A stretch of 64,000 bases of DNA from Ferruginibacter sp. (GTDB taxonomy: Bacteria > Bacteroidota > Bacteroidia > Chitinophagales > Chitinophagaceae): contig JBGAIJ010000005.1 in assembly GCA_044225605.1 (NCBI GenBank), positions 82,704 to 146,703 on the forward strand, given 5' to 3'. Shown here in pieces: positions 37,449 through 46,536 of this stretch. How positions within the stretch are numbered: the first letter of the stretch is position 1; the number at the start of each line of letters is the position of its first letter. A model generated the notes under the pieces. The model saw only the letters and a list, made by a program, of their open reading frames with translations. It made no database searches and was not told the DNA's origin. Made by a program: the position numbers and the translations under genes.

Positions 37449-38723
37449 TTATTGCATGGAAATTTTCATGGTAAATGTACTTCCTTTTCCGGGTTCGCTC
37501 TGCACTTCAATTTTGCCGCCATGTGCTTCCACCACTTTTTTTACAAAATTCAGGCCAAGCCCAAAACCTTTTACAGTGTGCAGTTCTCCTTTTGTAATTC
37601 TGAAAAAACGGTCAAATATTTTTTTGTGGTATTCTTCTTTTATGCCAATGCCATTATCGGTAACAGCCACGCAGCAATCATTGCCATCGCTGTATGCTTT
37701 AATGGCTATTTCAGGGTTAGCGATTGTATACTTTACTGCGTTTTCAATTAGGTTAATAAGCGTAAGCAATATGTAATAACGGTCGGCATTTAATAAAACA
37801 TTGCCCTGTGTAAAATCTGTTTTCACAACCGCATTTTTTTGATCAATCAGCGGCTGCAGGCTGGTAATGGCTTCTTTAATAACATCGTTAATAACAAAGG
37901 TGGTTTTTTCAAGCGCCAGTGAGGTACGATCGGTATAAGCAATTTCCAGCAGGCGCTGTACCTGGCTTTGCAGGTGAGTGGTTTGCTCGCCAATAATGCC
38001 GGCATAATTATGCAGGCGCTCCGGTTTTTGAGCAATATCCGGCTGCTGCAATACTTCACTGGCAATTTTAATTACAGCAAGCGGTGTTTTAAACTCATGA
38101 GTAAAATTATTTACAAAGTCTTTTTGTGTTTCATTAAAAAACTTTTGCCGGTATAAATAAAATACACTGGCTCCAAACGCAGTAAGCACCAGCAGCAGCA
38201 TTATGCCCGATGCAATCCAAAAATACATTTGCTTTAAAATGTACTCGCCACGGTGCGGAAAGTAAAGCGACAGATAAGAATACTCTCTTTGTAAAAGCGG
38301 TATGGCTGCTTTCGATGTGGAAGAGTCGTATGCATCCGGCAGGTCAATATATTTTTCTGTGGTAAACAATTTTTTTTCGTGGCTGTAAATACCGGCTTTG
38401 CAATCGGTGTATACATCAAAATCTGTAAACTCTTCTTTCAGGTTTAGCCATAAGCTGTCGGTAAAAGGCGTGCAGTCTATTTTTAATAAATATAAATCGG
38501 GCTGCGGATTATTAATTTCTTTTTGTGCAAAATCACTTACATCGTTTACCAGCTGCATGTCTTTGTATAACGAACGGATGCTTTTAGAAACATTGATGTT
38601 AAACTGCTTTTCCTCGTAACGGTAAACTTTTTGCAGCCAGAATAACTGTATGGCAACAATTACAGCAATAAGCACAGAGCTTATTAGTATTACCAGCCGT
38701 AATGTTTTTGAACGGATAACCAT
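37449..38723 (-). CDS. Sensor histidine kinase (HisKA)
   Basis: Two TMs, NFTHEFKTPL, NLIENAVKY, DNGIGI and GFGLGL. Confidence 0.93.
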   Translation of the reverse strand: MVIRSKTLRLVILISSVLIAVIVAIQLFWLQKVYRYEEKQFNINVSKSIRSLYKDMQLVNDVSDFAQKEINNPQPDLYLLKIDCTPFTDSLWLNLKEEFTDFDVYTDCKAGIYSHEKKLFTTEKYIDLPDAYDSSTSKAAIPLLQREYSYLSLYFPHRGEYILKQMYFWIASGIMLLLVLTAFGASVFYLYRQKFFNETQKDFVNNFTHEFKTPLAVIKIASEVLQQPDIAQKPERLHNYAGIIGEQTTHLQSQVQRLLEIAYTDRTSLALEKTTFVINDVIKEAITSLQPLIDQKNAVVKTDFTQGNVLLNADRYYILLTLINLIENAVKYTIANPEIAIKAYSDGNDCCVAVTDNGIGIKEEYHKKIFDRFFRITKGELHTVKGFGLGLNFVKKVVEAHGGKIEVQSEPGKGSTFTMKISMQ

Positions 38724-38726
38724 TTT

Positions 38727-38754
38727 GAGTTTATAGTTTGTGGCTTACAGCTTG
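38727..38754. repeat. Degenerate heptamer array upstream of the kinase
   Basis: GAGTTTA TAGTTTG TGGCTTA CAGCTTG. Confidence 0.4.
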
Positions 38755-38875
38755 TTGTTATGTAAACCCCGGCAGTTTTGCAAAAGCAGTTTTATTATTT
38801 GCAAAGATGAAACAGAGTTATGTTAATTAAATGTTGTTGCAAAGCAGTTTTATGCCTTTAGTTTTCAGCTTTGCG

Positions 38876-39442
38876 CTATTTCTTCTTCACCCTTTCCGGG
38901 TTTTGTGCAATAAACGCATCCCAGCCTTTTAATTTTTTTGCAGCAGGCTGTAATGTTTTATTTTGAAAATGATGACATACTGCCACTGCCAGTGCATCGG
39001 TGGCATCGTAATGTTTTGGGTTTTCGGTAAACTGTAAAATGCGCTGCAGCATTTTCATCACCTGTTCTTTATCAGCGTTGCCATTACCGGTAACGCTTTG
39101 CTTTACTTTTTTGGGTGAGTATTCTGTAACATCAATACCATGCTGCATGGCAGCAGCAATAGCCACCCCTTGTGCCCGCCCAAGTTTAAGCATGCTCTGT
39201 ACATTCTTGCCAAAAAAGGGCGCTTCAATGGCAAATGTATCGGGTTTGTATTTAACTATAAGACCGCTGACTGTTTCAAAAATCAGCTGCAGTTTTTTAT
39301 AAGTGTCTTTTATATTTCCCGGTTTAAGCACACCCATTTCCAGCAATGTAATATTGCTTTGCCGCACTTCAATTAATCCATAGCCCATTACAATGGTACC
39401 GGGGTCAATTCCTAAAATAACAGTAGCTTTTTGTTTGGGCAC
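38876..39442 (-). CDS. ruvC: Holliday junction resolvase
   Basis: ILGIDPG, FAIEAPF, KLGRAQG and DATDALAVA. GTG start. Confidence 0.95.
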   Translation of the reverse strand: MPKQKATVILGIDPGTIVMGYGLIEVRQSNITLLEMGVLKPGNIKDTYKKLQLIFETVSGLIVKYKPDTFAIEAPFFGKNVQSMLKLGRAQGVAIAAAMQHGIDVTEYSPKKVKQSVTGNGNADKEQVMKMLQRILQFTENPKHYDATDALAVAVCHHFQNKTLQPAAKKLKGWDAFIAQNPERVKKK

Positions 39443-39484
39443 TTAATTGTTTTTTGTGTTTAATAATTGAAGTAACATTGTGTA

Positions 39485-40465
39485 TTGAACAAAAATATTA
39501 AAATATTACTCAACTGGTTTTTAGGGCCGGTGTTGTTTATAATTATCAGTTACAGTTTATACCGGCAGGTAATGCGCCAGCCGGATTTAGCACAGCGCTG
39601 GCAGCAAATTAAACTGGGCTGGCAAAACTGGAAATTTTTATTGGTAATTACACTGTTGTTTATTAATTGGGGTATTGAGGCAGCTAAATGGAAATTGCTT
39701 GTAAACCATGTGCAGCAAATGTCTTTTTTAAAGGCATTTAAATCTGTGCTGGCGGGTTGCAGTGTAACAATGCTTACGCCCAACCGTATAGGAGAATATG
39801 GAGGCCGTATGCTATTTGTGGAGCCGCAGCACCGTATAAAAGCCATTTCGCTTACAATTACAGGCAGCATCAGCCAATTGCTTATTACAATGATAATGGG
39901 CTGTTTGGGCCTGCTCTTTTTAAGATATTTTTCACATAACAGCAGCAACGCTTTAAGCGTTTTGCCGCACTTTTGGGGAGATGTGCTGATATACTTTAGT
40001 GTTGCAGGCACATTAGTGCTCTTTTTATTTTACATACGTTTGGGCTGGCTGGTGCGTTTATTAGAAAAACTGCCGGCATTAAACAAAGCAGTAAAGCATA
40101 TTGCCGTGCTGGATGAGTTTAATACCAGCCAACTGGTACAATTATTGGCTTTGTCCCTGTTACGCTATGGCGTATTTGTGCTGCAATACGTATTATTGCT
40201 GCAGGTAATGCAGGTGCAAATAAGTTTTGGTTTGTGCTTTTGGTTAATTACAGTGTTTTATTTAGTAATGGCTGTTGCACCCACCATTGGTTTTTTAGAG
40301 TTGCCCATACGTGTAAAAGCAAGTTTGCAGTTAATGCAACTGTACAGTGCCAATACGCTGGGCATACAAACTGCGGCGCTGGCAATATGGTTAATTAATT
40401 TAGTGGTGCCCGCTGTAATGGGCAGTATATTAATATTAGGAATTAAAATTGTAAAAGATAAATGA
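39485..40465 (+). CDS. Lysylphosphatidylglycerol-synthase TM-region (flippase-like) membrane protein
   Basis: Multiple TMs and TPNRIGEYGGR. TTG start. Confidence 0.75.
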   Translation: MNKNIKILLNWFLGPVLFIIISYSLYRQVMRQPDLAQRWQQIKLGWQNWKFLLVITLLFINWGIEAAKWKLLVNHVQQMSFLKAFKSVLAGCSVTMLTPNRIGEYGGRMLFVEPQHRIKAISLTITGSISQLLITMIMGCLGLLFLRYFSHNSSNALSVLPHFWGDVLIYFSVAGTLVLFLFYIRLGWLVRLLEKLPALNKAVKHIAVLDEFNTSQLVQLLALSLLRYGVFVLQYVLLLQVMQVQISFGLCFWLITVFYLVMAVAPTIGFLELPIRVKASLQLMQLYSANTLGIQTAALAIWLINLVVPAVMGSILILGIKIVKDK

Positions 40466-41271
40466 TGCTGTTACACATTGCTAAAGTTGGAACTATGGTT
40501 GCTGCACTGTGCTGCGTAAGTTTAAAACCTGCTTACGATGATGAGTTTTGCGGCATAAAAAATACTGCCTTCCAGGCGGATGAAGTGGTAACCATGAAGG
40601 TTTACTACAGTGCTATGGGCGCTTACATTGGCGCTGGTGAGGCAACATTTAGCACCACGCTGGAAAAATACAATGGCAAACCTGTTTATCATTGTGTGGG
40701 TGAAGGAAAAACTTATTCTTTCTTCGATAACTTTTTTAAAGTGCGTGACCGCTACGAAAGTTATATTGACACTTCCAACCTTATTCCCTATAAATTTATA
40801 CGCAATGTGGATGAGGGCGGATATAAAAAATACAATAACGTAACCTTTAACCAAACTGCCGGAACAGCCGTAAGCACCAATGGTGTTTTTAAGGTAACCA
40901 AATGTATACAGGATGTGGTGAGTGCAGTATACTATGCCCGCAATATTGATTGGAGCAAGTATAAAAAGGATGATAAAATTCCCTTTGATATGTTTTTGGA
41001 TGATGAAGTGTTTCACCTCTACATCCGCTATATGGGTAAAGAAAAAATTAAAACCCGTTACGGAAAATTTAATGCTATAAAATTTAAACCGCTGCTGGTT
41101 AAAGGAACTATTTTTGACGGTGGTGAAAAAATGAACGCCTGGGTAAGCGATGATCCCAATCATTTATTGCTGCGTGTAGAAAGCCCTATTGCTGTTGGAA
41201 GCGTTAAAGTAGATATGATGGGATACAAGAATTTGCGCTATCCGTTATCATCGTTGATAAGTGTAAAGTAA
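40462..41271 (+). CDS. DUF3108-domain protein
   Basis: FFKVRDRYESYID, EGGYK and WVSDDPNHLLLR resemble DUF3108. Confidence 0.7.
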   Translation: MMLLHIAKVGTMVAALCCVSLKPAYDDEFCGIKNTAFQADEVVTMKVYYSAMGAYIGAGEATFSTTLEKYNGKPVYHCVGEGKTYSFFDNFFKVRDRYESYIDTSNLIPYKFIRNVDEGGYKKYNNVTFNQTAGTAVSTNGVFKVTKCIQDVVSAVYYARNIDWSKYKKDDKIPFDMFLDDEVFHLYIRYMGKEKIKTRYGKFNAIKFKPLLVKGTIFDGGEKMNAWVSDDPNHLLLRVESPIAVGSVKVDMMGYKNLRYPLSSLISVK

Positions 41272-41290
41272 ATGCCGACGGGATAAATAC

Positions 41291-41375
41291 TGTCAGCCTG
41301 AGCTTGCCGAAGGCGGCTTATTATAAATGTTATTTCTGTTCGTTGCGTCCCGGCTTCGATAAGCTCAGCCTGACA
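41291..41375. repeat. Inverted pair of REP-like elements between convergent genes
   Basis: tgtcagcctgagcttgccgaaggc (41291-41314) and gcttcgataagctcagcctgaca (41353-41375). Confidence 0.75.
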
Positions 41376-41395
41376 CAACCTAAATTAAAGCGCAT

Positions 41396-42253
41396 TTACA
41401 CTTCACTCAGCTTAAGCACATCCTTCACTCTTACACCTTTCTCTGTTTGTTGTAATGTGCAACATTCATTAACGGGGTCGTGTTCAAAAAATAAAATGTA
41501 ATCGTTAGCTAATGCTTCTTCAAAAAATTGTTTCTTTTCATTTAGCGTGGTAAGCGGAAACATATCGTATCCCATAACATAGGGCAAAGGAATATGTGCT
41601 GTTGAAGGCAGCAGGTCTGCCATGTACACAATTGTTTTACCGTTGTATTTAATTACCGGCAGCATCATGGCGCCGGTATGGCCATATACAGTTTTTACAA
41701 AAATATTTTCTGAAACAGTTGTCGGTAATGTATTATTTGCATCATCGGCCACATCAATAAACTTCAGCTTACCGCTTTCTTCAATGGGTAAAATATTTTC
41801 TTTTAAAAAACTGGCTTTTTCCCTTGCATTAGGTTCAACAGCCCATTGCCAGTGTTTTTTATTGCTCCAGTAAGTAGCATTTTTAAAAGCCGGTATTAAC
41901 TTTTCTCCTTCACGTATAATGGCACCGCCGCAATGGTCAAAATGCAGGTGCGTTAAAAATACATCGGTAATATCATCTTTGGTAAAACCATGGGTGGCTA
42001 ATGATTTTTCCAAAGTATCATCGCCATGCATGTAATAATGACTGAAGAATTTTGCATCCTGTTTATCACCCATGCCGGTATCAATCAAAATTAATTTATT
42101 ACCGTCTTCAATAAGCATACAACGGAGTGCCCAGCTGCACATATTATTTTCATCAGCGGGGTTTAATTTATTCCAGATGCTTTTGGGCACCACGCCAAAC
42201 ATGGCGCCGCCATCTAACTTAAAATAACCGGCGTTTATACTGTGTAATTTCAT
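41396..42253 (-). CDS. MBL-fold metallo-hydrolase
   Basis: FKLDGGAMFGVVP, THLHFDHCGG, GHT and FFEHDP. Confidence 0.9.
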   Translation of the reverse strand: MKLHSINAGYFKLDGGAMFGVVPKSIWNKLNPADENNMCSWALRCMLIEDGNKLILIDTGMGDKQDAKFFSHYYMHGDDTLEKSLATHGFTKDDITDVFLTHLHFDHCGGAIIREGEKLIPAFKNATYWSNKKHWQWAVEPNAREKASFLKENILPIEESGKLKFIDVADDANNTLPTTVSENIFVKTVYGHTGAMMLPVIKYNGKTIVYMADLLPSTAHIPLPYVMGYDMFPLTTLNEKKQFFEEALANDYILFFEHDPVNECCTLQQTEKGVRVKDVLKLSEV

Positions 42254-43608
42254 TTAGCTTCTTCCTGTTGTTTTTTTAAAGCACTGTACAAAATTACTAA
42301 GCCAATTACAAAAAATGTCATCAATGCTAAAACAGAACCTCTTTGGGAACCCGTCAATTCTGTAATGTAGCCAAAGCTTAACATGCCAATTACCACTGCA
42401 ATTTTTTCAGTAACATCATAAAAACTAAAAAAAGATGCCGTGTCTTTTGTTTCGGGCATCAGCTTGCTGTAAGTGCTGCGGCTTAGTGATTGTATGCCGC
42501 CCATTACAAAACCCACGCAGGCACCTAAAATATAAAACTGAACAATGGCATGTTTTGGAACAAAGTAGGCAGCAATACATATCAGCACCCAAAAAAACAC
42601 CACCACCATTAATGCCTTAAAGTTGCCAATGCGGCCAGACAGTTTGCTTATTATAAATGCACCGGGTATTGCTACAAGCTGTATCAATAAAATAGCAATA
42701 ATTAAATTTGAAACAGGAATCTCCAGTTCGCTTTTGCCATACAATGTGGCTGCCAGCATTACAGTTTGCACACCCATGTTGTAAAAAAAGAAAGCGCCTA
42801 AATATCTTTTTATTACCGGCATGTGCTTTAGCTGCTGCCAAACTTTTACCAGCTCTTTATAACCGCCGCTTATAAAATTAAGATTTGAATTATTACTGTT
42901 ACCCGCTGCAACAGGCTTGGGCAAACGGCTTAATGAAAAGTAACCAAACACCAGCCACCAAATACCTACTGCTAAAAAAGAAATGCGTGAGCCTTCTCCG
43001 TCATCTTTTATACCAAACCATTCTTTTTTCATGATGAATGCAAAACAGATTACCTGTAAAATAACACTGCCTACATAACCATAAGCAAAACCTTTGGCGC
43101 TTACACGGTCCCTGTCTTTAGGTGCAGCTATTTCCGGTAAAAATGAATTGCTGAAAACATAACTGCTCCAGAAACAAATACATGCCACAATCATGCATAA
43201 AATACCTACCCATAAAGTATTGGCTCCTTTAAAGAAAAATAAGGCTGCACAGGCAATACTGCCCAATGTAAAAAAGAAAGCCATAAAACTTTTTTTACTG
43301 CCCTTATAATCGGCAATAGAAGTAAGCAGGGGTAAAATGAGTGCCACAATAAGCAGGGCAAATGCCAATGTGTAATTATAAAGCGATGTGTTTACAAACT
43401 CCCTGCCCATAAAATGTACATATGCCACATTGCCTTCTGTACGTGTTGCCGTCATACTCTCATAATACGCAGGAAAAATAGTGGAAGTGATAACCAGGTT
43501 GTAAACACTGTTGGCCCAGTCGAACATGGCCCAGCCATTAATTACTTTTTTAGAAGCAGTAACCTGCCCGCCTGTTGTTTCATCTTCATTAAGTAAATCT
43601 TGTTGCAT
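42250..43608 (-). CDS. MFS transporter, UMF1/Atg22 family
   Basis: GWAMFDWANS, about 12 TMs and GGIQSLSRS. Confidence 0.87.
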   Translation of the reverse strand: MQQDLLNEDETTGGQVTASKKVINGWAMFDWANSVYNLVITSTIFPAYYESMTATRTEGNVAYVHFMGREFVNTSLYNYTLAFALLIVALILPLLTSIADYKGSKKSFMAFFFTLGSIACAALFFFKGANTLWVGILCMIVACICFWSSYVFSNSFLPEIAAPKDRDRVSAKGFAYGYVGSVILQVICFAFIMKKEWFGIKDDGEGSRISFLAVGIWWLVFGYFSLSRLPKPVAAGNSNNSNLNFISGGYKELVKVWQQLKHMPVIKRYLGAFFFYNMGVQTVMLAATLYGKSELEIPVSNLIIAILLIQLVAIPGAFIISKLSGRIGNFKALMVVVFFWVLICIAAYFVPKHAIVQFYILGACVGFVMGGIQSLSRSTYSKLMPETKDTASFFSFYDVTEKIAVVIGMLSFGYITELTGSQRGSVLALMTFFVIGLVILYSALKKQQEEAK

Positions 43609-43661
43609 GGTAAAGGGTTGTTGAGTAAATATAAAGCATTTGGCAAATTATTGCGGCAAAC

Positions 43662-43692
43662 AAAAGCCCGTTGTTACACACAACGGGCTTTT
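43662..43692. terminator. Intrinsic terminator
   Basis: aaaagcccgttg-ttacac-acaacgggctttt. Confidence 0.75.
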
Positions 43693-43711
43693 TATTAAAA
43701 TGAAATTATGG

Positions 43712-44128
43712 TTACTGCCCCGGGCTGTTAAAATCCAGTTTTTTATACGGGATTTTTTTAAATGTTTTAAATGTATTGTCTGTCAACTCCACTGTAACAG
43801 GTTTGCCGGAAAAAACACTGTCGCTGATAATAGTGCCTATTGCCTGGAAAGCCATATCATCCACACCTTCCAGTTTATCTTTATTAGCTACCATGCGAAA
43901 AATAACGGTGTCTTTAGCAGCAACCAGTTGCATACTTCTTGTTTCTTTAGAGTTATTGTTTTGCACACTGTCTATTTCAGCTAAAACAGCTGCGGTGCGG
44001 CTGGCTTCGTTTTCGCCAATGCCGTCTTTATAGTACACTTCTACTGTGCCCTTTTTCACTTTTTTACCATAATTGTTACAAGATGCTAAAAGAACTGCTG
44101 CAAATACGAGCACTAATAAATTTTTCAT
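43712..44128 (-). CDS. Hypothetical lipoprotein
   Basis: MKNLLVLVFAAVLLASC lipobox. Start placed at 44128. Confidence 0.7.
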   Translation of the reverse strand: MKNLLVLVFAAVLLASCNNYGKKVKKGTVEVYYKDGIGENEASRTAAVLAEIDSVQNNNSKETRSMQLVAAKDTVIFRMVANKDKLEGVDDMAFQAIGTIISDSVFSGKPVTVELTDNTFKTFKKIPYKKLDFNSPGQ

Positions 44129-44195
44129 GATGTGTTGTTTATGCTGCATAGTTACAGCATCACTCAATTAAATGCAATACCCTTAACAAGGTATT

Positions 44196-44993
44196 TTATT
44201 TAATAACGTTGGTGTAAATAAGCGCCAGCAAAATAATACCTGCAATAATGCGGTACCAGCCCCAAATTTTAAAGCCATGCTTTTTTAAAAAGCCAATAAA
44301 AAATTTAATGGCAAGTAAGGCAACAACAAAAGCTACAATATTGCCAATGGCAAGCTGTTTAATTTCGTTCGATGTAAAACCGCCACTTTTAGTGTAATAG
44401 TCAAGTAGCTTATAACCTGTAGCTGCAAGCATGGTGGGTACTGCTAAAAAGAAAGAAAATTCTGCAGCAGCATTACGGGTTAGTTTTAAACTCATACCAC
44501 CAATAATGGTGGCAGCGCTGCGGCTAAGGCCGGGAAAAAGAATTGCCAGGCACTGAAACAAACCAATTTTAAAAGCAGTGGCAAAATTTACTTTTTCTTC
44601 AGTGTCTATTGTATGCGTTTTAAAAATGTTTTCTATAAATAAAAACAGTATGCCGCCTGCAATCATAATGCCTGCAATAAACAGCGGTGTTTCCAGCAGC
44701 GCATCAATTTTATCGCTGAAGAGTTTGCCAAATATTAATGCCGGTATAACCGCCACCAGCAGCTTTAAATAAAACTGCCAGCGTTTAAAATCAAAAAACT
44801 TTTTCCAGTACAGCACCACTACAGATAGTATAGCACCTAACTGAATGGCTACGGTAAAAGCTTCGGTAAATTTGTCGGTATTGCTTATGCCCAGCAGGTT
44901 TTCGGTAATGCGCATGTGCGCTGTGGATGAGATGGGCAAAAATTCGGTAAGGCCTTCTACTATACCGATAATAATTGATTGTACTGTATTCAT
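44196..44993 (-). CDS. uppP: Undecaprenyl-diphosphate phosphatase
   Basis: GIVEGLTEFLPISSTAH, PGLSRSAATI and FSFFLAVP. Confidence 0.95.
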   Translation of the reverse strand: MNTVQSIIIGIVEGLTEFLPISSTAHMRITENLLGISNTDKFTEAFTVAIQLGAILSVVVLYWKKFFDFKRWQFYLKLLVAVIPALIFGKLFSDKIDALLETPLFIAGIMIAGGILFLFIENIFKTHTIDTEEKVNFATAFKIGLFQCLAILFPGLSRSAATIIGGMSLKLTRNAAAEFSFFLAVPTMLAATGYKLLDYYTKSGGFTSNEIKQLAIGNIVAFVVALLAIKFFIGFLKKHGFKIWGWYRIIAGIILLALIYTNVIK

Positions 44994-45006
44994 ATTGGTG
45001 TTAAAT

Positions 45007-45040
45007 AAAAATTGCGAAGATGCAATCTCCGCAATTTTTT
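45007..45040 (-). terminator. Terminator-like hairpin between the DUF3098 gene and uppP
   Basis: aaaaattgcg...cgcaattttt. Confidence 0.5.
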
Positions 45041-45059
45041 ATTAAAAGTTTACTATTAA

Positions 45060-45320
45060 TTATTCATTAACCTTTGGTTTTTTCATAATGGCAAAAATTT
45101 CAAGCACCAAGCCAGCAATAATAAGCAGCGGCGCAACGGTAATACGGGTGCTGCTGTACACTTCATTGTCGTTAAACACTTTTGGGTCGGTGCTTTTACC
45201 ACCGCTCATTAAAAAAAAGCCCACGGCCATTACTGCAATGCCAATAAGCATCCACATATAATTGTCTTTAGTAAACAAAACGTTGTTGTTGCCGGCAGGT
45301 TGTTTTTTTTCGTTGCTCAT
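45060..45320 (-). CDS. DUF3098-family small membrane protein
   Basis: LFTKDNY...GFFLMSGG...RITVAP. Located downstream of ftsX. Confidence 0.8.
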   Translation of the reverse strand: MSNEKKQPAGNNNVLFTKDNYMWMLIGIAVMAVGFFLMSGGKSTDPKVFNDNEVYSSTRITVAPLLIIAGLVLEIFAIMKKPKVNE

Positions 45321-45343
45321 AATTGCGTTATTAGTGTGCAATA

Positions 45344-46222
45344 TTAATACAAATCATCCAATTTCATCCGCAGGTATTTAATTACCGAACGGTGAGTGCT
45401 CACCAGTGTGATTGAAATTCCAATAAATACCATTATCAGGCTTAGCCAAATCATGTTCTGGCTGTTGTGCAGCAGTTTAAACACCGGTACCGATGATTCC
45501 AGCACCAGTATAAAAATCCACAGCAGGGCAATGGCTATTCCTGCGGCAATAAGCCCGTTAATAATAGCCCTTATGTTCATAGGCTTTGCTATAAAACCAC
45601 GGGTGGCACCCACCATTTGCATGGTTTTTACCAAAAAGCGGTTGCTGTACATAGCCAGCCTTATAGTATTATCAATTAAGAATATAACCAGTATGGTAAG
45701 CAGTGCCGCAACAGACAATACAATTATAGCCGTCCATTTGGCAAAGTAGCCAATTTTAGAAACCGTTTCTGTAGGAAACTGAAACTCCTTTACATACGTG
45801 GGAAAATTGGTTAAAATATTATTGGCCATTTGATCCAGGCTGTCTTTATCAACATAACTGGCTTTTACATAAAAGTCAATACTTTCCGGCAGCGGGTTAT
45901 TATCTAATATTTTTTTCCAGCTGCTGTCGTTTTCTTTATTCCAGTTGGCAGCTGCCATTTCTTTGGTAACATACTCCACCGATTTTGTATAAGGCAGGCT
46001 GCTTACATATGTTTTTACGCTGTCAATTTGCTTTTTGGTAGCCGTTGGCGAAAGCCATGCATGCACCTGTATGCTTTCTTTAAAAAAGATGCCCGTATTT
46101 CTTAAATTAAGAAATACCCAGCCCACAATACCAAACAGAAACAATACCAGCGATACACCAATTATTACATTTACATAACTGGGTTTGCCACGTTTGCTGC
46201 TCGATTTTCCGAATTGAGACAT
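45344..46222 (-). CDS. ftsX: Cell division permease-like protein
   Basis: NPLPESI, IDNTIRLAMYSNRFLVKTMQMVGAT and four TMs. Start placed at 46222. Confidence 0.9.
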   Translation of the reverse strand: MSQFGKSSSKRGKPSYVNVIIGVSLVLFLFGIVGWVFLNLRNTGIFFKESIQVHAWLSPTATKKQIDSVKTYVSSLPYTKSVEYVTKEMAAANWNKENDSSWKKILDNNPLPESIDFYVKASYVDKDSLDQMANNILTNFPTYVKEFQFPTETVSKIGYFAKWTAIIVLSVAALLTILVIFLIDNTIRLAMYSNRFLVKTMQMVGATRGFIAKPMNIRAIINGLIAAGIAIALLWIFILVLESSVPVFKLLHNSQNMIWLSLIMVFIGISITLVSTHRSVIKYLRMKLDDLY

Positions 46223-46454
46223 GATGAAAAAGAATTTATTTAATGGAATGGTTAGTACAGGGCGCAAATTAACTCAATTTGGGTGTATTGCAGTAAATTT
46301 GCCCACTTCAAAACGGCTGCCTGCTGCATTTATTTTTATAAATGGGGCAGATGTGGTGTGAACGGGGTTTAAATAACTTTTCTTTCACAGTTTGATGGAT
46401 GATTTGGCTAAGAGCGTAAAGGAGAAAAAGGAAAAATTTCAATAGAGAGATATT

Positions 46455-46486
46455 GTTGAAGTGTGCGACGCCACCGCAGCTGAATA
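46455..46486 (+). repeat. Dispersed repeat copy upstream of leuS
   Basis: gttgaagtgtgcgacgccaccgcagctgaata shares its left end with 12970, 28650 and 35684. Confidence 0.55.
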
Positions 46487-46536
46487 AAGAAATATTGCTG
46501 ATAACAAAATAAAAATACGCCGCAGGCGAACGAACA

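Noticed and set aside
46300-46536. T-box or other leader upstream of leuS
   Set aside because: No T-box consensus or Leu-rich leader peptide is visible. The gap is partly explained by a repeat copy.
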